Shown: positions 36,725-50,230 of the stretch, piece by piece
Position numbering within the stretch: the stretch's first letter is position 1
How the letters are laid out: every line of letters begins with the position of its first letter
Assembly (NCBI GenBank): GCA_000708835.1
Contig: DF236972.1
Span: 1 to 64,000, forward strand
Source of the DNA: Klebsormidium nitens
Lineage: Eukaryota > Plantae > Klebsormidiophyceae
Direction: 5' to 3'
DNA length: 64,000 bases
Translations under genes and position numbers: made by a program
Notes under the pieces: model-generated
The model's database searches: none
The model's input: the letters and a program-made list of their open reading frames with translations, nothing else
What the model was told of the DNA's origin: nothing

Positions 36725-38631
36725 CATATCTTCCCAGAAACCGTCCATTTTGTTTGGAAATCACCGTCTCCGATTGGCGTCCGTGAATGGACCAGCAAGG
36801 ACACATGCGAGCAGCTCATCCGCAAATGAAGTCGGTTGACTTGCGTACTCGAATCCTGAGGCTAATGAGTCTGATGCGCGTTTTCAACAAAGCGCCCACA
36901 GACTCGCTTTTATTAAATACACCATGCTGTGCCGTCCAATGACAATGCGGTCGTCCCAACCATAGATTTCCATGTTGCTTCACAATTTCGATCCAGCTAT
37001 CAAGTAGACGATGTGGTGATGGTTCGACTTTTTCAGAAGGACTTCAATTTGGCATGGTGGCTCCTTTGGCTTTCAGATGCAGGGGGGTTGTTCCGCAATT
37101 TAGAGTCAAGCTCTCCATGTCGGTGTAAACGAGTTTCCGATCACTGGGCCGGACGGATGCAACAAAAGCTCGGCATTCGATCAGGCTTGCATGGTGAGTC
37201 AAGGTGGAACATGAGAATTGGCAAAGCGTAAGATTACATGATGCACGTCTGGTCATACCTATGGAATCATGCATGTTCATTCGTTACGATCCGGCCTCCC
37301 CGGCCCACACCGCGACGCCTCCGCTAATTGCAAGGAAACTATCATATGGTAAACTAGTATGGTGTAATTGGGGGCCGAAGAATAGACGCATCGAGGCGAG
37401 CTCGACGCGCGGCCCAAAAGCTTATGCGACGATCATGCTTAAGTCGTAGCCTTTCCGGCACGTTGCTACAGTCTGATCACTAAGCAATTAGTGCACTAAC
37501 AACAGGTGATAGTAGTGTGGCATAGCTCTGCTCTCCGCTCATGAATATAGTGGCCTGGCAGGCTTTTGCTTCTCTGATTCTCATTTGCTGCGGGTCCGAT
37601 CGGAACCCCGGCCCGATGTTAGGGCCGGACAAATTGCTTCCATGTCACTGACGTCACATGCTGCTCCTTTGATTGCCACTTGTCACTGGATAAGAAGCTC
37701 AATGAGCAAAGTGCGATAGCGAAGGTTTTCTCACAATTCCTTCGGGGCACCCGGAATTTGAGTACAGAATGTGGACCATACCTACCGGTATGCTTGCGGG
37801 TCCCATCAAACTGTGGCTGTGGCTGTAGCCCGTATCTCGTGCTTTGGGTCTGGGGGTGGGTTTGCTAGAAGTTCCCGTTCTCCGGCCGGGTCGCCGCGTG
37901 AATCTCGAATTGGCGGGGTCGCCACTTACCTGGTCCGTACCCCGTGCTTGTGTAAATAAGCGATTCACACACGCGCGATGCGTGTGAGGCCTGTTTCGAC
38001 GCTCACTTTTCCTCAGGAGATGTTGGTAGACCTCAACAAGGCTGGGCCTTCGAAGCTGAGTCGAACGGCGAAGATGGAATCTTTATGTGTGTCAATCAAA
38101 CCGGCATGTGCCTGGCTGCAAGAAGAGAGGAGTAAAGTTTGCCTCGGCCAGTTCATCATTCAGGTGTGGATCGCTTTCAGTGGCATCACATTTGCATGTC
38201 CCGTTACCCGCCGAGGATCCGCCCCGGGCCAGACAAAAAGTAGCCGGGTGAACCAGCTCAGGTCCAAAAGAACCACTACAAGCGCCCGGAAGACTTGCCC
38301 GGTAGTAGCGACAAGGGGGAAGCTCCAGAGGTACCTCTCCAGCAACTGCGGCAGAAGTTTCAGGCCCTAGACGAATTAGGGACATGGTGCTGCCAAAATT
38401 TGCGCCTTGGATCCTAGCCGCAGCGCTCTGTGACTGATCGTCGAGTCTCATGACCCTGCGTTGAAGCTCAAACAGGTCAGGAAAGGCGCATGCACATGCA
38501 TTGTGAGAGCGGGGCGCCTGCCGCCATGGTGCAGTCCTGAGCTTTCTTAGCTAGCTGAACAGGGAGGTGTATCTTGATCCAGCAGGTTTGAGCTTTCTCC
38601 CGCAATTGTGTGTGTCGTGTGTGCCTGAGCC

Positions 38632-41600
38632 ATGGAGGCGAATGGTGACCATGGGAAGGCTTCTACTGCTGGCAACTTGGATGCCGTGCTGAAGGAGACT
38701 GCTGATTTGGAGCATATCCCTGTGGATGAGGTCTTTCTCCAGCTCCGTTGCAACAAGGAGGGTCTGACGACAGCGGATGTAGAAGAACGGCTGGCAATCT
38801 TTGGGAAGAACAAGCTTGAGGAGAAGAAGGAGAGCGCGATCCTTAAGTTCCTGAGCTTTGTCTGGAACCCTCTGTCATGGGTGATGGAGGCTGCCGCGTT
38901 GATGGCCCTGGTAGGCATTGCTCCCTTGTAACCAATCTTTTTCTCGCATTCCTCTGATTGTATATGGTTGACCAGCCTTTCTGCTTACTGATTAAGAAGT
39001 GAGGAGTTAAGAGTTGCCTCTTGTGAGATTCAAGATGGGCTGATGTGGGAGGTCCTTTACGTTGACTTTCTGACAATTGAAGCTACTGTCCATCAGCAAG
39101 ATGATCTACTTGGTTTACATGCGGCACTGACTTCGTCCCTTGCAATTTTTGCCAGATCCTCGCAAACGGGCAGGGTCGGCCTCCAGATTGGGAGGATTTT
39201 GTTGGCATCATCCTCCTCTTGGCCATCAATGCCACCCTGAGTTTTGTGGAGGAGAACAATGCTGGGAAGGCTGCTGCAGCCCTGATGGCGCAGTTGTCCT
39301 TGAAGACGAAAGTATTGAGAGATGGCGCTTGGTCAGAACAAGACGCAGAGGTACTAGTGCCAGGTAAGAAAAGATTATGTAATATAGAACCTGTGACTTT
39401 TTGGCCTAAAAAGTCTGCTGATTGGAAGACATGTGAAGATGCAAACAGGGCATCTTTGTCTACTCAAAAATGTTGTTTTATAGTGTGTGATAGTCGGCCG
39501 TTGTCCATGTCAGCATCCCTTGAAAGGTAGGAGTCAGATACATTATGGTCTACTTCTGCGTTGATATTCCGTCCACACTGCTTTTAGTGGGAGTTCACGG
39601 TTGAGGGAGTCACTTGGGTTTTCGGTTAATTCTTGCAGGAGACATCATCTCCATCAAGCTGGGGGACATTATTCCAGCAGATTGCCGCTTGTTGGAGGGG
39701 GATGCACTGAAAATTGACCAGTCTGCTTTGACCGGCGAGTCTCTGCCAGTGACCAAAAACCCAGGGGACGAGGCATTCTCTGGGTCCACCGTCAAGCAGG
39801 GAGAACTTGAGGCTGTTGTCATCGCCACTGGTGTCCATACCTTCTTTGGAAAGGCTGCTCATCTGGTGGACACGACCAACAATGTTGGCCATTTCCAAGC
39901 GGTAAGTTCAGCGCAAGTAGATGAAGGTATTTTGATCAAAGCATGCACCCTTGCATGGTCGCACATTTTCATGAAGTGGACACAATCTGATTATTCCTGT
40001 TGATGTACATTCTACACATGCAAAGGGGCAATTTGAAAAGTACAAAGGCATCACTCGACAATTGCATTTGTAAAGTGCGTAGGTGACAATGGCAAATTAA
40101 TGCTGCACCGAAGGAAGGGTTCAAGCGTCAGATTATGAGTCACTGCAAGTTGTCTCAATTATTGCCTTTCGCAACGGCTATTCTATTCAAAAGCACAATT
40201 CCAGTCATGCATCCCAGGATGATAGATCAATGAAGTACACAGATTCACTATTGAATGTCCTTTCAATGTTCTCAACTCGCTCATTTTGGGCATGTTTTGA
40301 ATAGGTGGCTTTGCATTTTTACAGGTCTTGACGGCTATTGGCAACTTCTGCATCGTCTCCATCGCGATTGGTATCATCATCGAGATCATTGTCATGTACC
40401 CAATCCAGGGCCGGGGATACAGGGCTGGAATCGACAACCTGTTGGTCTTGCTCATTGGTGGCATTCCTATTGCCATGCCCACCGTTCTGTCTGTCACCAT
40501 GGCCATTGGCGCTCACCGTCTCGCGAAGCAGGGAGCCATTGTCAAGCGGATGACTGCGATCGAGGAGATGGCAGGCATGGACATCCTCTGCAGTGACAAG
40601 ACAGGAACCCTTACCCTGAACAAGCTCACGGTCGACAAGGCAATCATTGAGATCTTTACCAAGGGTGTCACTCAGGACGACGTGGTCATGGCTGCTGCTA
40701 GAGCTTCCCGTGTTGAGAACCAGGACGCCATCGACGCAGCCATTACGCAGATGCTCAGCGACATCAAGGAGGCTCGTGCAGGCATCCAGGAGCTCCACTT
40801 CCTGCCTTTCAACCCCGTCGACAAGAGGACTGCCATCACCTACATCGACCAGGCCGACGGCAAGATGAAGCGCCAGAGCAAGGGAGCCCCTGAGCAGATC
40901 CTCGCTCTCGCTCACGACAAGGACGAGATCAAGGTCAAGGTCCATGATGTCATTGACAAGTTTGCAGAGCGCGGCCTTCGTGCTCTCGGGGTGGCCAGGC
41001 AGGAGGTGCCGGACAACGACAAGGACGGCCCTGGGGGTCCATGGGAGATGATGGGCCTGCTGCCGCTGTACGACCCTCCTCGCCACGACACTGCGGAGAC
41101 CATCAAGCGTGCCCTCAACCTGGGAGTCAACGTCAAGATGGTCACTGGTGATGTTCTGAGCTGTCCTTGCTGCAATGTCTGATGCAAGTTGATGTTGTTG
41201 ACCACAGATTAACAGCGTTGTGAATCGCTGCGAGGGCGCCCTCGGGTTATCCTGATAAGCATTATCAAGCATCATCATTGAACAAGGACACTTGAGAAAA
41301 TGCTTTGCGAGTACTATACGTTTGTGAGTTTTAAGTCAATCTGGTGCATTGTCCATGCAGTCAGGCAGTTGCATGTAAGCACTCTTTGGTGGCAAGAATC
41401 GCTTCCAAGAAGAGTACTGTTAACTGCACAACTTCTCATAGCTCTTTTCTGGCAGTCATTGATTTGCACTCCACAGGCCATCAGTCTTGGCAAAGGGTTT
41501 AGTAGGGCATCTGTCGCTGACTTGTAACGCTGGATCTACTTGCAGGTGATCAGCTGGCCATTGGAAAGGAAACAGGCCGCCGCCTGGGCATGGGGACAAA

Positions 41601-44600
41601 CATGTACCCGTCGAGCTATCTTCTGGGAGGGGAGGCGACTCTGCAGGGCCAGCCGCTAGATGAGCTCATCGAGAAGGCTGATGGCTTTGCTGGAGTGTTC
41701 CCTGAGCACAAGTACCAGGTAAAGCTGGAGACAAAGTTGGTTTTGCTAGAGGTATTAGAAGAGGTCTGAGGTGAAACCCCCTATGCGCAGAGGCAAGGTG
41801 TTTTCAAGTACTTACTTCGACACTGTTACAGAAGAAAGGGACCGAGGTTTTCGGACCGAGAGTGCTGTTCTGAGAAACGAGATTTGACCAGGTTGATGGG
41901 TGTCTGACAGCCTCTATCAAGACTCTTCTTTCGTAGAAGCAAACCAACTCGACAGCTAACAGTGTAAACGGAAATGGAAATCTTCGAATCGAGACTAGAT
42001 GTCTTCAAAAGGAGATGCAGCCAATTGATTGGTAACTGATTTGACGGCCTCTGTCAGGACTCTGCTTTTATGGAGAACGAACGTCAAACCCCTCTGCTTT
42101 CGCTAACAAAGGCGTTGAACTTTTGAGAAGAGCAGAAAACGTGGACGAAGCTTTTGACCTCTGTTGCAAAATCGCCTGCTGAGAACGGATGTGGTACTGA
42201 TGCTGGTTTCTGTTTCTCCAGATTGTCGAGCACCTCCAGAAGAAGAAGCACGTCGTCGGCATGACTGGAGACGGAGTCAACGACGCGCCTGCTCTGAAGA
42301 AGGGTGACATTGGTATCGCTGTGGCTGATGCCACCGACGCCGCCCGCAATGCTGCTGACATCGTGCTGACGGAGCCGGGTCTGAGCGTCATCATCAGCGC
42401 CATCATCACGAGCCGCTCGATTTTCCAGGTGCCGGCCTATTGCCTCGATCTGACGTGTCTACTGCTACAAAATTTCTGAACCCAGCCAGAATCTGGAGCC
42501 TTTGAGTGCCTCAAAGTCCGTCACAAATGCATTGGCGCAGCTTGGCACGAGACTTGCGGTCAATCTCTCGTCTACTCGCTCTCTTCCTGCGGCTTATGGC
42601 GAGAGCTGATTCTCTACCCTTTGCTGTTGCAGCGTATGAAGAACTACACCATCTACGCTGTGTCGATCACCATCCGTATCGTGCTCGGCTTCATGCTGCT
42701 GGCCCTCATCTGGAAGTTCGACTTCCCGCCGTTCATGGTCCTGATCATTGCGATCCTGAACGACGGTAAGCACTTCGAGAGATGCAGCCTGGCTTTTAGC
42801 CAGCAAGAGAGGCCTCAGAGCCTGCCTTTTAGCTTTGTCCTTTCTTGTTGAAATTTTCGTTTGCTGAGAGATTGCATCACGTGTCTGTTGAGGTCTTTTG
42901 ACTGGACCGTTCGCCACTGAGGCCTCCATTCGAGAATCACGGCGTTTATTCATAACGTTTTCCGCAGCACTTCTGGCGCAATTGTCTTGTCCTGTCCTTT
43001 GCATTGGGTACAGAAATAATAAATGGTTCCGTTTATTATTTCTGTATCCAATCTAAGAAGGTTGTTCTGGTGGTGCAGCGCCTCCAAACGGCGTCTCAGC
43101 GAGCCGCTTACTCCCGACTCTTTGCTCCTCTTGCCCCTGTCTAGTTTGCACTAACGCCGTGACTCCCCGTTCCTCGCAGGCACCATCATGACCATCTCCA
43201 AGGACCGCGTGAAGCCGTCCCCCTCACCCGACAGCTGGAAGCTCAAGGAGATCTTCGCGCAGGGCGTCGCCCTTGGATCGTACCTGGCGCTTATGACCGT
43301 CATCTTCTACTACCTCATGAACGACACCGACTTCTTCTCGGACGCGTTCGGCGTCCGCACCCTCCGGCCCGATCCGAACAGCGAGCCCGTGAGCACGAGG
43401 CGTTACAAGGAGAGAGTGGCGGTCATCTACCTGCAGGTGGGAAACAACGTCTGTTTGAGAGGGCTTTTTTTCGCTAGAGAAAAGTGTTTGGGAGTGGTTT
43501 GTTCTGCGGCATGTGTTGCAAGTTGAGAGAAGGATGCAGATTGCTTCTGACTTGATTGTGGCTTTGGGTTCCGTTTGCTTGCGGCCTTCGTCGTCCGCAA
43601 CATCTCAGCTTGTGCTGAAGCTGAGTGGCAATTCTCAATCGACGCCTCATCGGTCTCCTCGCGGGCCGCCTCTACTTTCATCCTCTTATTCCATTTAAAT
43701 TGGAAGGTATTGGAAGCACTCTCCTTAATAAGAGCAGAGCTTTGTGTGCAGTCGTGGCTTCTACCTTGACATGCATGAACGGTTGGAGCGCGCAGTATGC
43801 CGTACTCGCTGGTAAAATTGGTTCTCCTTTTGTGGATCTTGCTGCGCAGATCTATGCGCTCCCGAACCCTCTCCCAATCCCTAAGGGCGCCTCTACGTCC
43901 ATCCCCTTGGAGATGAACCGGAGCGCTAAACTTTGGCCCCTCTTCTCTCGCAGGTGTCCATCATCAGCCAGGCACTCATCTTTGTGACCCGATCCCAGAG
44001 GTTCTCGTGGCTGGAGCGGCCCGGGTTCCTGCTGGTGTTGGCCTTCCTCGTCGCCCAGCTGATTGCGACCTTCATCGCCGTGTATGCCACGTGGAATTTC
44101 TGCAACATCAGGGGCGCCGGCTGGGGCTGGGCAGGTGCGCTTTCGGCCTTCGTTTGATATGGAGGGGATATTGACTTGAAACAGGCCGCTGCACAGACGA
44201 CCTGCGAAGGTCGTCGAAGGTCGTCACTTTGGCGATTTCAGAAAGGGCAGCGTTTGTACAGTGGTTGTGCAACGCTGACGTCAGTCTCGATTCCCTTGTA
44301 CCATCGTCCGGCTCGGTCAGCGGAGTGCGTCCTTGTGGAAGCGTGAATCCAAAGGGGCCATCGGCCGACGAATTCGCGAGATCCCTACCGGAGTCAGACT
44401 CTGACACTCGCCCCGCAGGACGATGCGGTAGTGTCAAAGTGGCAGTCACCAACCAGTACACGAGGTGGAATGGGACATCGTCGGAAAGCCGTGGTGCTAT
44501 GTCCTCTTAAAAGTCCTCGTACGAGTTCCTTACCTTCCATTTCTCGCTCCCTTCAGGCGTGACGTGGCTGTGGTCAATCGTGACGTACTTCCCGCTGGAC

Positions 44601-45700
44601 ATCGTCAAGTTCGCCATCCGGTTCGTCCTCAGCGGCCGCGCCTGGGACACCATGTTCCGCCGGACGGCGTTCCGCCAGGACAAGAACTTCGGCCGCGCGG
44701 AACAGCAGGCCAGATGGGCGCATGCGCAGCGCACGCTGCACGGCCTGCACCCCGCCGACACCAAGATGATGTCCGACCGGTGAGGCCGATTGTAGTGACT
44801 ACTACATTCTGTGTCGCATTCTATCCAAGGCTTGAATTTTTATAAGCTCCGCTTCAGTCCCTCCCTCCCTGGAGCGTTGTTTGCTTGTGTGCCACCCTCC
44901 CCGCCTGGACGGCCCTTTTCCGCACCGTCCGCTTGTTTCTGGCAAAAATCCCCTGATGAGATCTGCTTATCTCTGTTCCTGATATTTAGAACCGCAGATT
45001 GGCAAGTGTCTGCAAGGGTGTGGATCCATCGTCTTTCAGAACAATGCCGTACAGAGCTTGACGCGCTTGCATTCGAAAACCCCGTGCTATCTTGTCGCCA
45101 AAGGACTTTGTCAGTCGAGTAAACAGGGACGTATATCCATCCGCTGGCGTCAACAACAGCCAGGACAATCGGCTGTCGTTTAGACGGTCAATGGACTCCT
45201 GCTCATCCATGCGTTGACTGTGCAGCGGCTCCTTCAAGGACCTGTCCGAGGCGGCTGAGCAGGCGAAGCGGCGCTCGGAGATCGCGCGCCTGAGGGACCT
45301 GCACACTCTGAAGGGTCACGTGGAGTCAGTGATCAAGCTCAAGGTAAGGCGACGTCACTCGTAGCTCCTCGAGGCTTGCCTGTGTACTAAGTTCCTGCAA
45401 AGAGGCCGATGTGGCTTGCTCGTTGCATAGTGATATTTGCCATCTGATAAGGCACTTTTGGCTGGATGCGTCGAAACGTGTGCTTTGTCTACTCTGCCCA
45501 TTGCTGGTGAACCCGTATTATCTTTCTGGCGCTAATTCAGCCTGGTTGACCCTGTGAAGCTTTAGGAGGGAGTACTGAACTTTTGGCAGGCTGAGAAAAG
45601 TTCACTCGTCCAGTCCGGCGATCTCAAACGAACGGCTTTTTGTATCTTTCCCTTGCAGAACATCGACGTCAACACGATTCAACAGTCGTACACCGTCTAA
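38632..45700 (+). CDS. AHA: Plasma-membrane H+-ATPase (P3A), penultimate-Thr type
   Basis: [15 protein letters not shown] (phosphorylated Asp), [26 protein letters not shown] and ILNDG motifs. R domain reads [30 protein letters not shown]. Last exon [13 protein letters not shown] (TAA 45698-45700). Confidence 0.97.
43003..43052. repeat. 21-bp inverted repeat with 8-nt loop in an AHA intron
   Basis: attgggtacagaaataataaa-tggttccg-tttattatttctgtatccaat. The single mismatch is a G:T pair. Confidence 0.9.
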
Positions 45701-47759
45701 GACTCTGGTGTCCACGTGGGCTGACGGTCAGTGTGCTAGGTGTTTGGATCATTGTCAGGTTAGCTGCGCGTTATATACCAGTCCTACTGTTGCCGTAGCA
45801 AGCACAGCAGTCTTCGCCCTCTGGATCGAGACCTGTTCCGGCCAATAACAGAAGGGTGGATTTGCAAAGGCTACTGTCTGTATCTTATTATTAGAGGTCG
45901 AGGATCGGAGCCCATCAGAAATCGTAGTCTCCGTTTGTCTTTTGTTTGTGCCTTGGTTCTGAGATTCTGTTACTGGATGTGGGGAGGTCAGATACGTGTT
46001 CCGACACGAAGGTACAGATGTCGTCTTTGTTGATTCCGAACGACTGGTCTTAGAGTCAGACTTGTACACTACACCTGTACATTGCCAATGACAAACGCTA
46101 CTTGTGTACAGTCAATCTTCCTCTCTTTGCAGTCAATTGCATGTTGGTGATTGGGAGCTTTGTGTGTGCTATTCATTGTATGAGGACATGCACTTGGTAT
46201 AAATTGTGGATTTGAAAAATGGATGTCAAGGCCGTTCATTATCCGCGATTCTATCATCCCACTTTAGCCTTGCACTTACGGCGCCCTGCGCCCAAAGGGC
46301 GCAAGTCGGATTTTGTAGTAATCAAGCATACCATAGATTGCCGTCTAGATAGTACGTAAAACATCACACGCAAACATCGCCAAATCTTCACAATCCTCGC
46401 ATGTGCAATCAGATCAAATCGACACGCAACGGTCTAGCCTCTTCACGTACCGGGCACATGCCCGACCTAAGATTGTCGTTACCTACCCGGCCGCTAGCTC
46501 GTCGTGATTAAATCGTCGACCAGTGCAACATCTCGCTAGCTGCCGCCTGCCTGCCGACGGAGTGCCAGCTGCCCCGGGCCGCCCGCTTGTGTATGGCACA
46601 CTACACTGCATGCCAGATGATGCAGGGACCGCGGTATACATAAACCGCGCCTGTACACAAACGTTCTAGAGTCCACTTGCCATGTCGCGCGCGGGCGCCG
46701 CTCAGTGCGGCTATATGAGATCGCGGTCCGACATGTGACCGGACTGCACCATGTTTTGATGCATGAGTAGTGCCGCCCCGAAACAAAACTCGTTGCCGGC
46801 CATATTGTCATGACCGGCCGGGGCCGATTGACTTTTCACTGAATACGCACCATCAAGAAGAAATGCGCATACTGCTTGTGCATGGGCGGTAAAAGCTGGC
46901 AGCGTCCTAGTTTTTGAAGCACCGAGTCCCAGACTTACCTTTGGTGCTGACGCCCTTAAAAAGTCACATCCTTCGATCTTGTTTACTTGATTGATCCGTC
47001 GTTGGATGCAAGCCCTTTTCAGTTGGAACGCAGCCCTTGACAAATATCAAGGACCTGCGAGATTGGAAGAATCGGGCATTAGATTCGATCCTTACAATTT
47101 TCTTCTTCGGAGCACATTCGTTTACGAGGATTACGACCTAGCCGCCGTCTAATTCAAGTTCCGGCCCTATCGAAAGTCCACGCGAGAAAGCACAGGCCCT
47201 TCGCAACATGAGCGACTGCACATGCAGTCCGTGTGATCCAACGCTGCTCGCGTTCATATTATAAGTACTCTAATGCTCTTCGCATTTCACAGAGCCGCGC
47301 GGTTCTTAACGAAATTGATGAGCAAGAGCAGAAGAAACGGTCTGGCTACAGTTCGAGCCTCCGCACAAGGTCCTTGTATTAAGGAACCATTTTTCCTCCG
47401 TGCAAGTGTATGCCCGTGACTCGTGGTCTAGCTAGCTTTTGCCGGGGCAAAGTGGACCAGTAAACGCCTCTGAATGATCCTTGCCGTCACAGATATAGCT
47501 AGCAATCCAACTGGCCCGTCCAGTTCGTACGGTTGGACTTCTCCAGTATCTACCGTCAGTCGGAAGCAGCCTCGAAATGACGACATGAAGCTTTACGCCG
47601 CCCATCTGCTTGTATAGGCAGAATTGACTACCGGCTCCGCCCACTCTTCGAGTTTTAAGGTAGTCTTACCGTCGAAGCAGTCTCTTCGATCTTGCCTCCA
47701 AGAGCAGGCATCAGAGTTCAGCAATCTAGAAGACGTTGAAAGTTAGAGGGATGAAGTTT

Positions 47760-48926
47760 TGAGGCAGGCCTGCGAACCTCATACCTGCCTTCCAAGCCTT
47801 CAAAGAACACGCACTTTGAGTACAGCAAACTGGATTCTGAAGCACCATTCCGCACTGACCTTTTGCTGAGTCAACTGAAGAAACTCAGGTGGCGAGACCA
47901 CATTGATCGAGAGGAGATGATTCACCAGATGGCTTTTCGTGGCCCGCTGCAAAATGTTACTTCGACAGGCTGCTTTCCCTCGAGCAATGACCAGTGCACT
48001 CTTCTTACACCTTGAAGCCCAGAGCTGCTGTGGTACCGTAGGTCTCGAGACCCACTGGCAGGACACATGCACATCTTACTCTCTCACACCTGCAAAGAGC
48101 ACCTTCAAGTTGCAGGAGTTGACCACTTCGAGCAGAGCTATACCATAGCACCGAGGCGCTGAGACTCTTGACGGCAACGCTACAAGACGCTGTGCTTGAC
48201 TGTCTGGTAGAAGTGGCCACCGAAGACCACTCTCCCAGATGGTTGAAGGTTATGAGCAGTTTCCTGTCCCACATGAGTTTTGACGGACTCAATTCTCTGT
48301 TGCCTCCTTATACTTCTTGGCGAGGGGGCTCGCGTGTCACACTGCTATCAGTGTGCTCAATCTGGCGAATCAGACTGGCTTGTCAGCTTTACTGGAATCA
48401 GTGTATGTGTCGCATCAAATTTGTTGAGCACAGACCAGCCGAACGAATACTCTTCTAATTGCGGCTGCAGTGGTCCATAAAAGCCGAAAAGCGAAAGGTG
48501 AAGGAGCGCCGATTGGAGGAGCCGCTTATTGAGCAGCACTTTAGGCTCAGGCAGCACTGACGTGCTCTTTCACATCTGGTCCCTCAACCATCTACAACAT
48601 TTCAGGTGATCATTCTCGGTTTACAGGTAAGCCCGTTTCTGGATTCACGTGGTTTATAAGTTCTCCTTCTGATTGTGAGCTAATCTGTGTAAGCTAAAAA
48701 GGACGCAAACAAGGGCCCAGCCCCTGCGCTGTTCATGCAAGCGAACTCTTCAAAGCTAGCGGTATCAAACTCTGATACTGGACGCAATGACGAGGTAAGA
48801 GTAGCCGAGCAATGATGTTGCTCGACGAAGAAAAGCAATGCTTGGTTGCATCATGCATGGGCAAACCCCCACGTGCACGGACTTCGTGAGCTGGCCAGAC
48901 TGCTGCTTTTACTGCAGGTGTGCTAA
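47760..48926 (+). pseudogene. Possible spliced but disrupted gene of unknown identity
   Basis: Splice-like sites (cag|48606, 48626|gtaagc, ~48793|gtaaga, cag|48918) join in frame to GDHSRFTAKKD..GRNDEVC*. Upstream protein-like frames switch frame and contain stops. No family recognised. Confidence 0.2.
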
Positions 48927-50230
48927 AAGCGAGTACCTCAGATCTACATAGAAATCATTGGTTTTTGCGAGTCTCGTCTTAATCAGTCCTTGCATGGCAT
49001 GTATGATCTTGAATGATAGCCCTGGGCCTACTATTGATCACGATGATTGTTTGTCTCTGCCAACAGCCTGACCGGTTTCATGATGAGTATTAAGTGCCTC
49101 ATTCGTTGTATCTGAGAGTCGACAACGCTCACGATACAGCTAGGAACTGCAGCTACCCACTTCGTTTGCGGTACCGTCTTCCTCTATCATCAGCAGCTGC
49201 ATAGTTGCCTACAACGATTTCATAACGGGCCCTTACAGGCTGGCACGTGAATTTATCTCTGAGGAAACGGCTGCCAGCCAACTCTGAAATACAAGGCAGC
49301 ATAATCTATACATGTTGACGTACTAGTAGTACTCAGTCTTGTCTCGGCAGTGGCAAATCGTGTCTGCATGCACGCAACTATTATAGCTGGGAAGAAAATC
49401 TGATATGATGTTTGATATTGGATGCATGATAACATTAATTCGCGTGTAATTATCGTTCTATTATACGATCATGTGCATCCTGAAATTGAGTGTTTTTTCG
49501 TCTTCGAGTCTTCACTTCCATGTGTTCGGAACGCGTTACCGTGAGGCGGCTCTGTTAAGGCCCGTGGGCTGCATAATGTGGTGATTGTTCGCCCGCACGA
49601 CGGCCTCCGACGAGATATCGTTGTGGATTTTGCATGAGCTTTTCAAGACAAGTTTCAGTATATAGGCCTGATCGATCATGCACTATATGGCGGCCGCGCA
49701 CCTGGAAGCAGCGATACGACGATCAGATTGCAGTCAATTCAAAGGACAGCGGCGCATGCAATTTACGACCTTGACTCTACCAGAGATCGACTATGAACAC
49801 ACATAAAGATCTGTTGTAAGCACCAGGTCGAACGCGTCCCTCCGCTTGTTTTGCCGCGCTGCCGCTTATGAATATGGCTCATCCGATCGCGTGCCAACAC
49901 TATAGTAGTGATTCTGTCGCGTTGGAATCGATCATACTTGTGACATTTAGGAGGGTGGCGGCTTGCCAGAATAAACCGGTTCTGTTTCAAGCTCACTGAT
50001 CAACATTGTTTTGCTTTCTTCGGAACCTCGTGCACCTTTTGCAAACATAAAAGAGACCGCGAGATCCATTCAATTTCCCCAAAGTGGTTTGGCGTGCAGA
50101 CGCCTTCTCAATTATCTTCGGTTTTCAAGAACTGCTTAAGCTGCATGATAACGAGGTTTTTTGGCATTCAGACGACGGCTGCTGCTCCGAGCGTGCTTGC
50201 TAGAAAAGCTGTCGCCTTTTGGAGGGGACT

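Noticed and set aside
40319-41278. 319-aa minus-strand ORF
   Set aside because: Antisense shadow of the large GC3-rich H+-ATPase exon; no independent protein features.
49040-49117. Possible C/D-box snoRNA (CCTGA, ATGATGA, CTGA)
   Set aside because: Box C is poor, there is no convincing terminal stem, and I cannot identify an rRNA or snRNA target.
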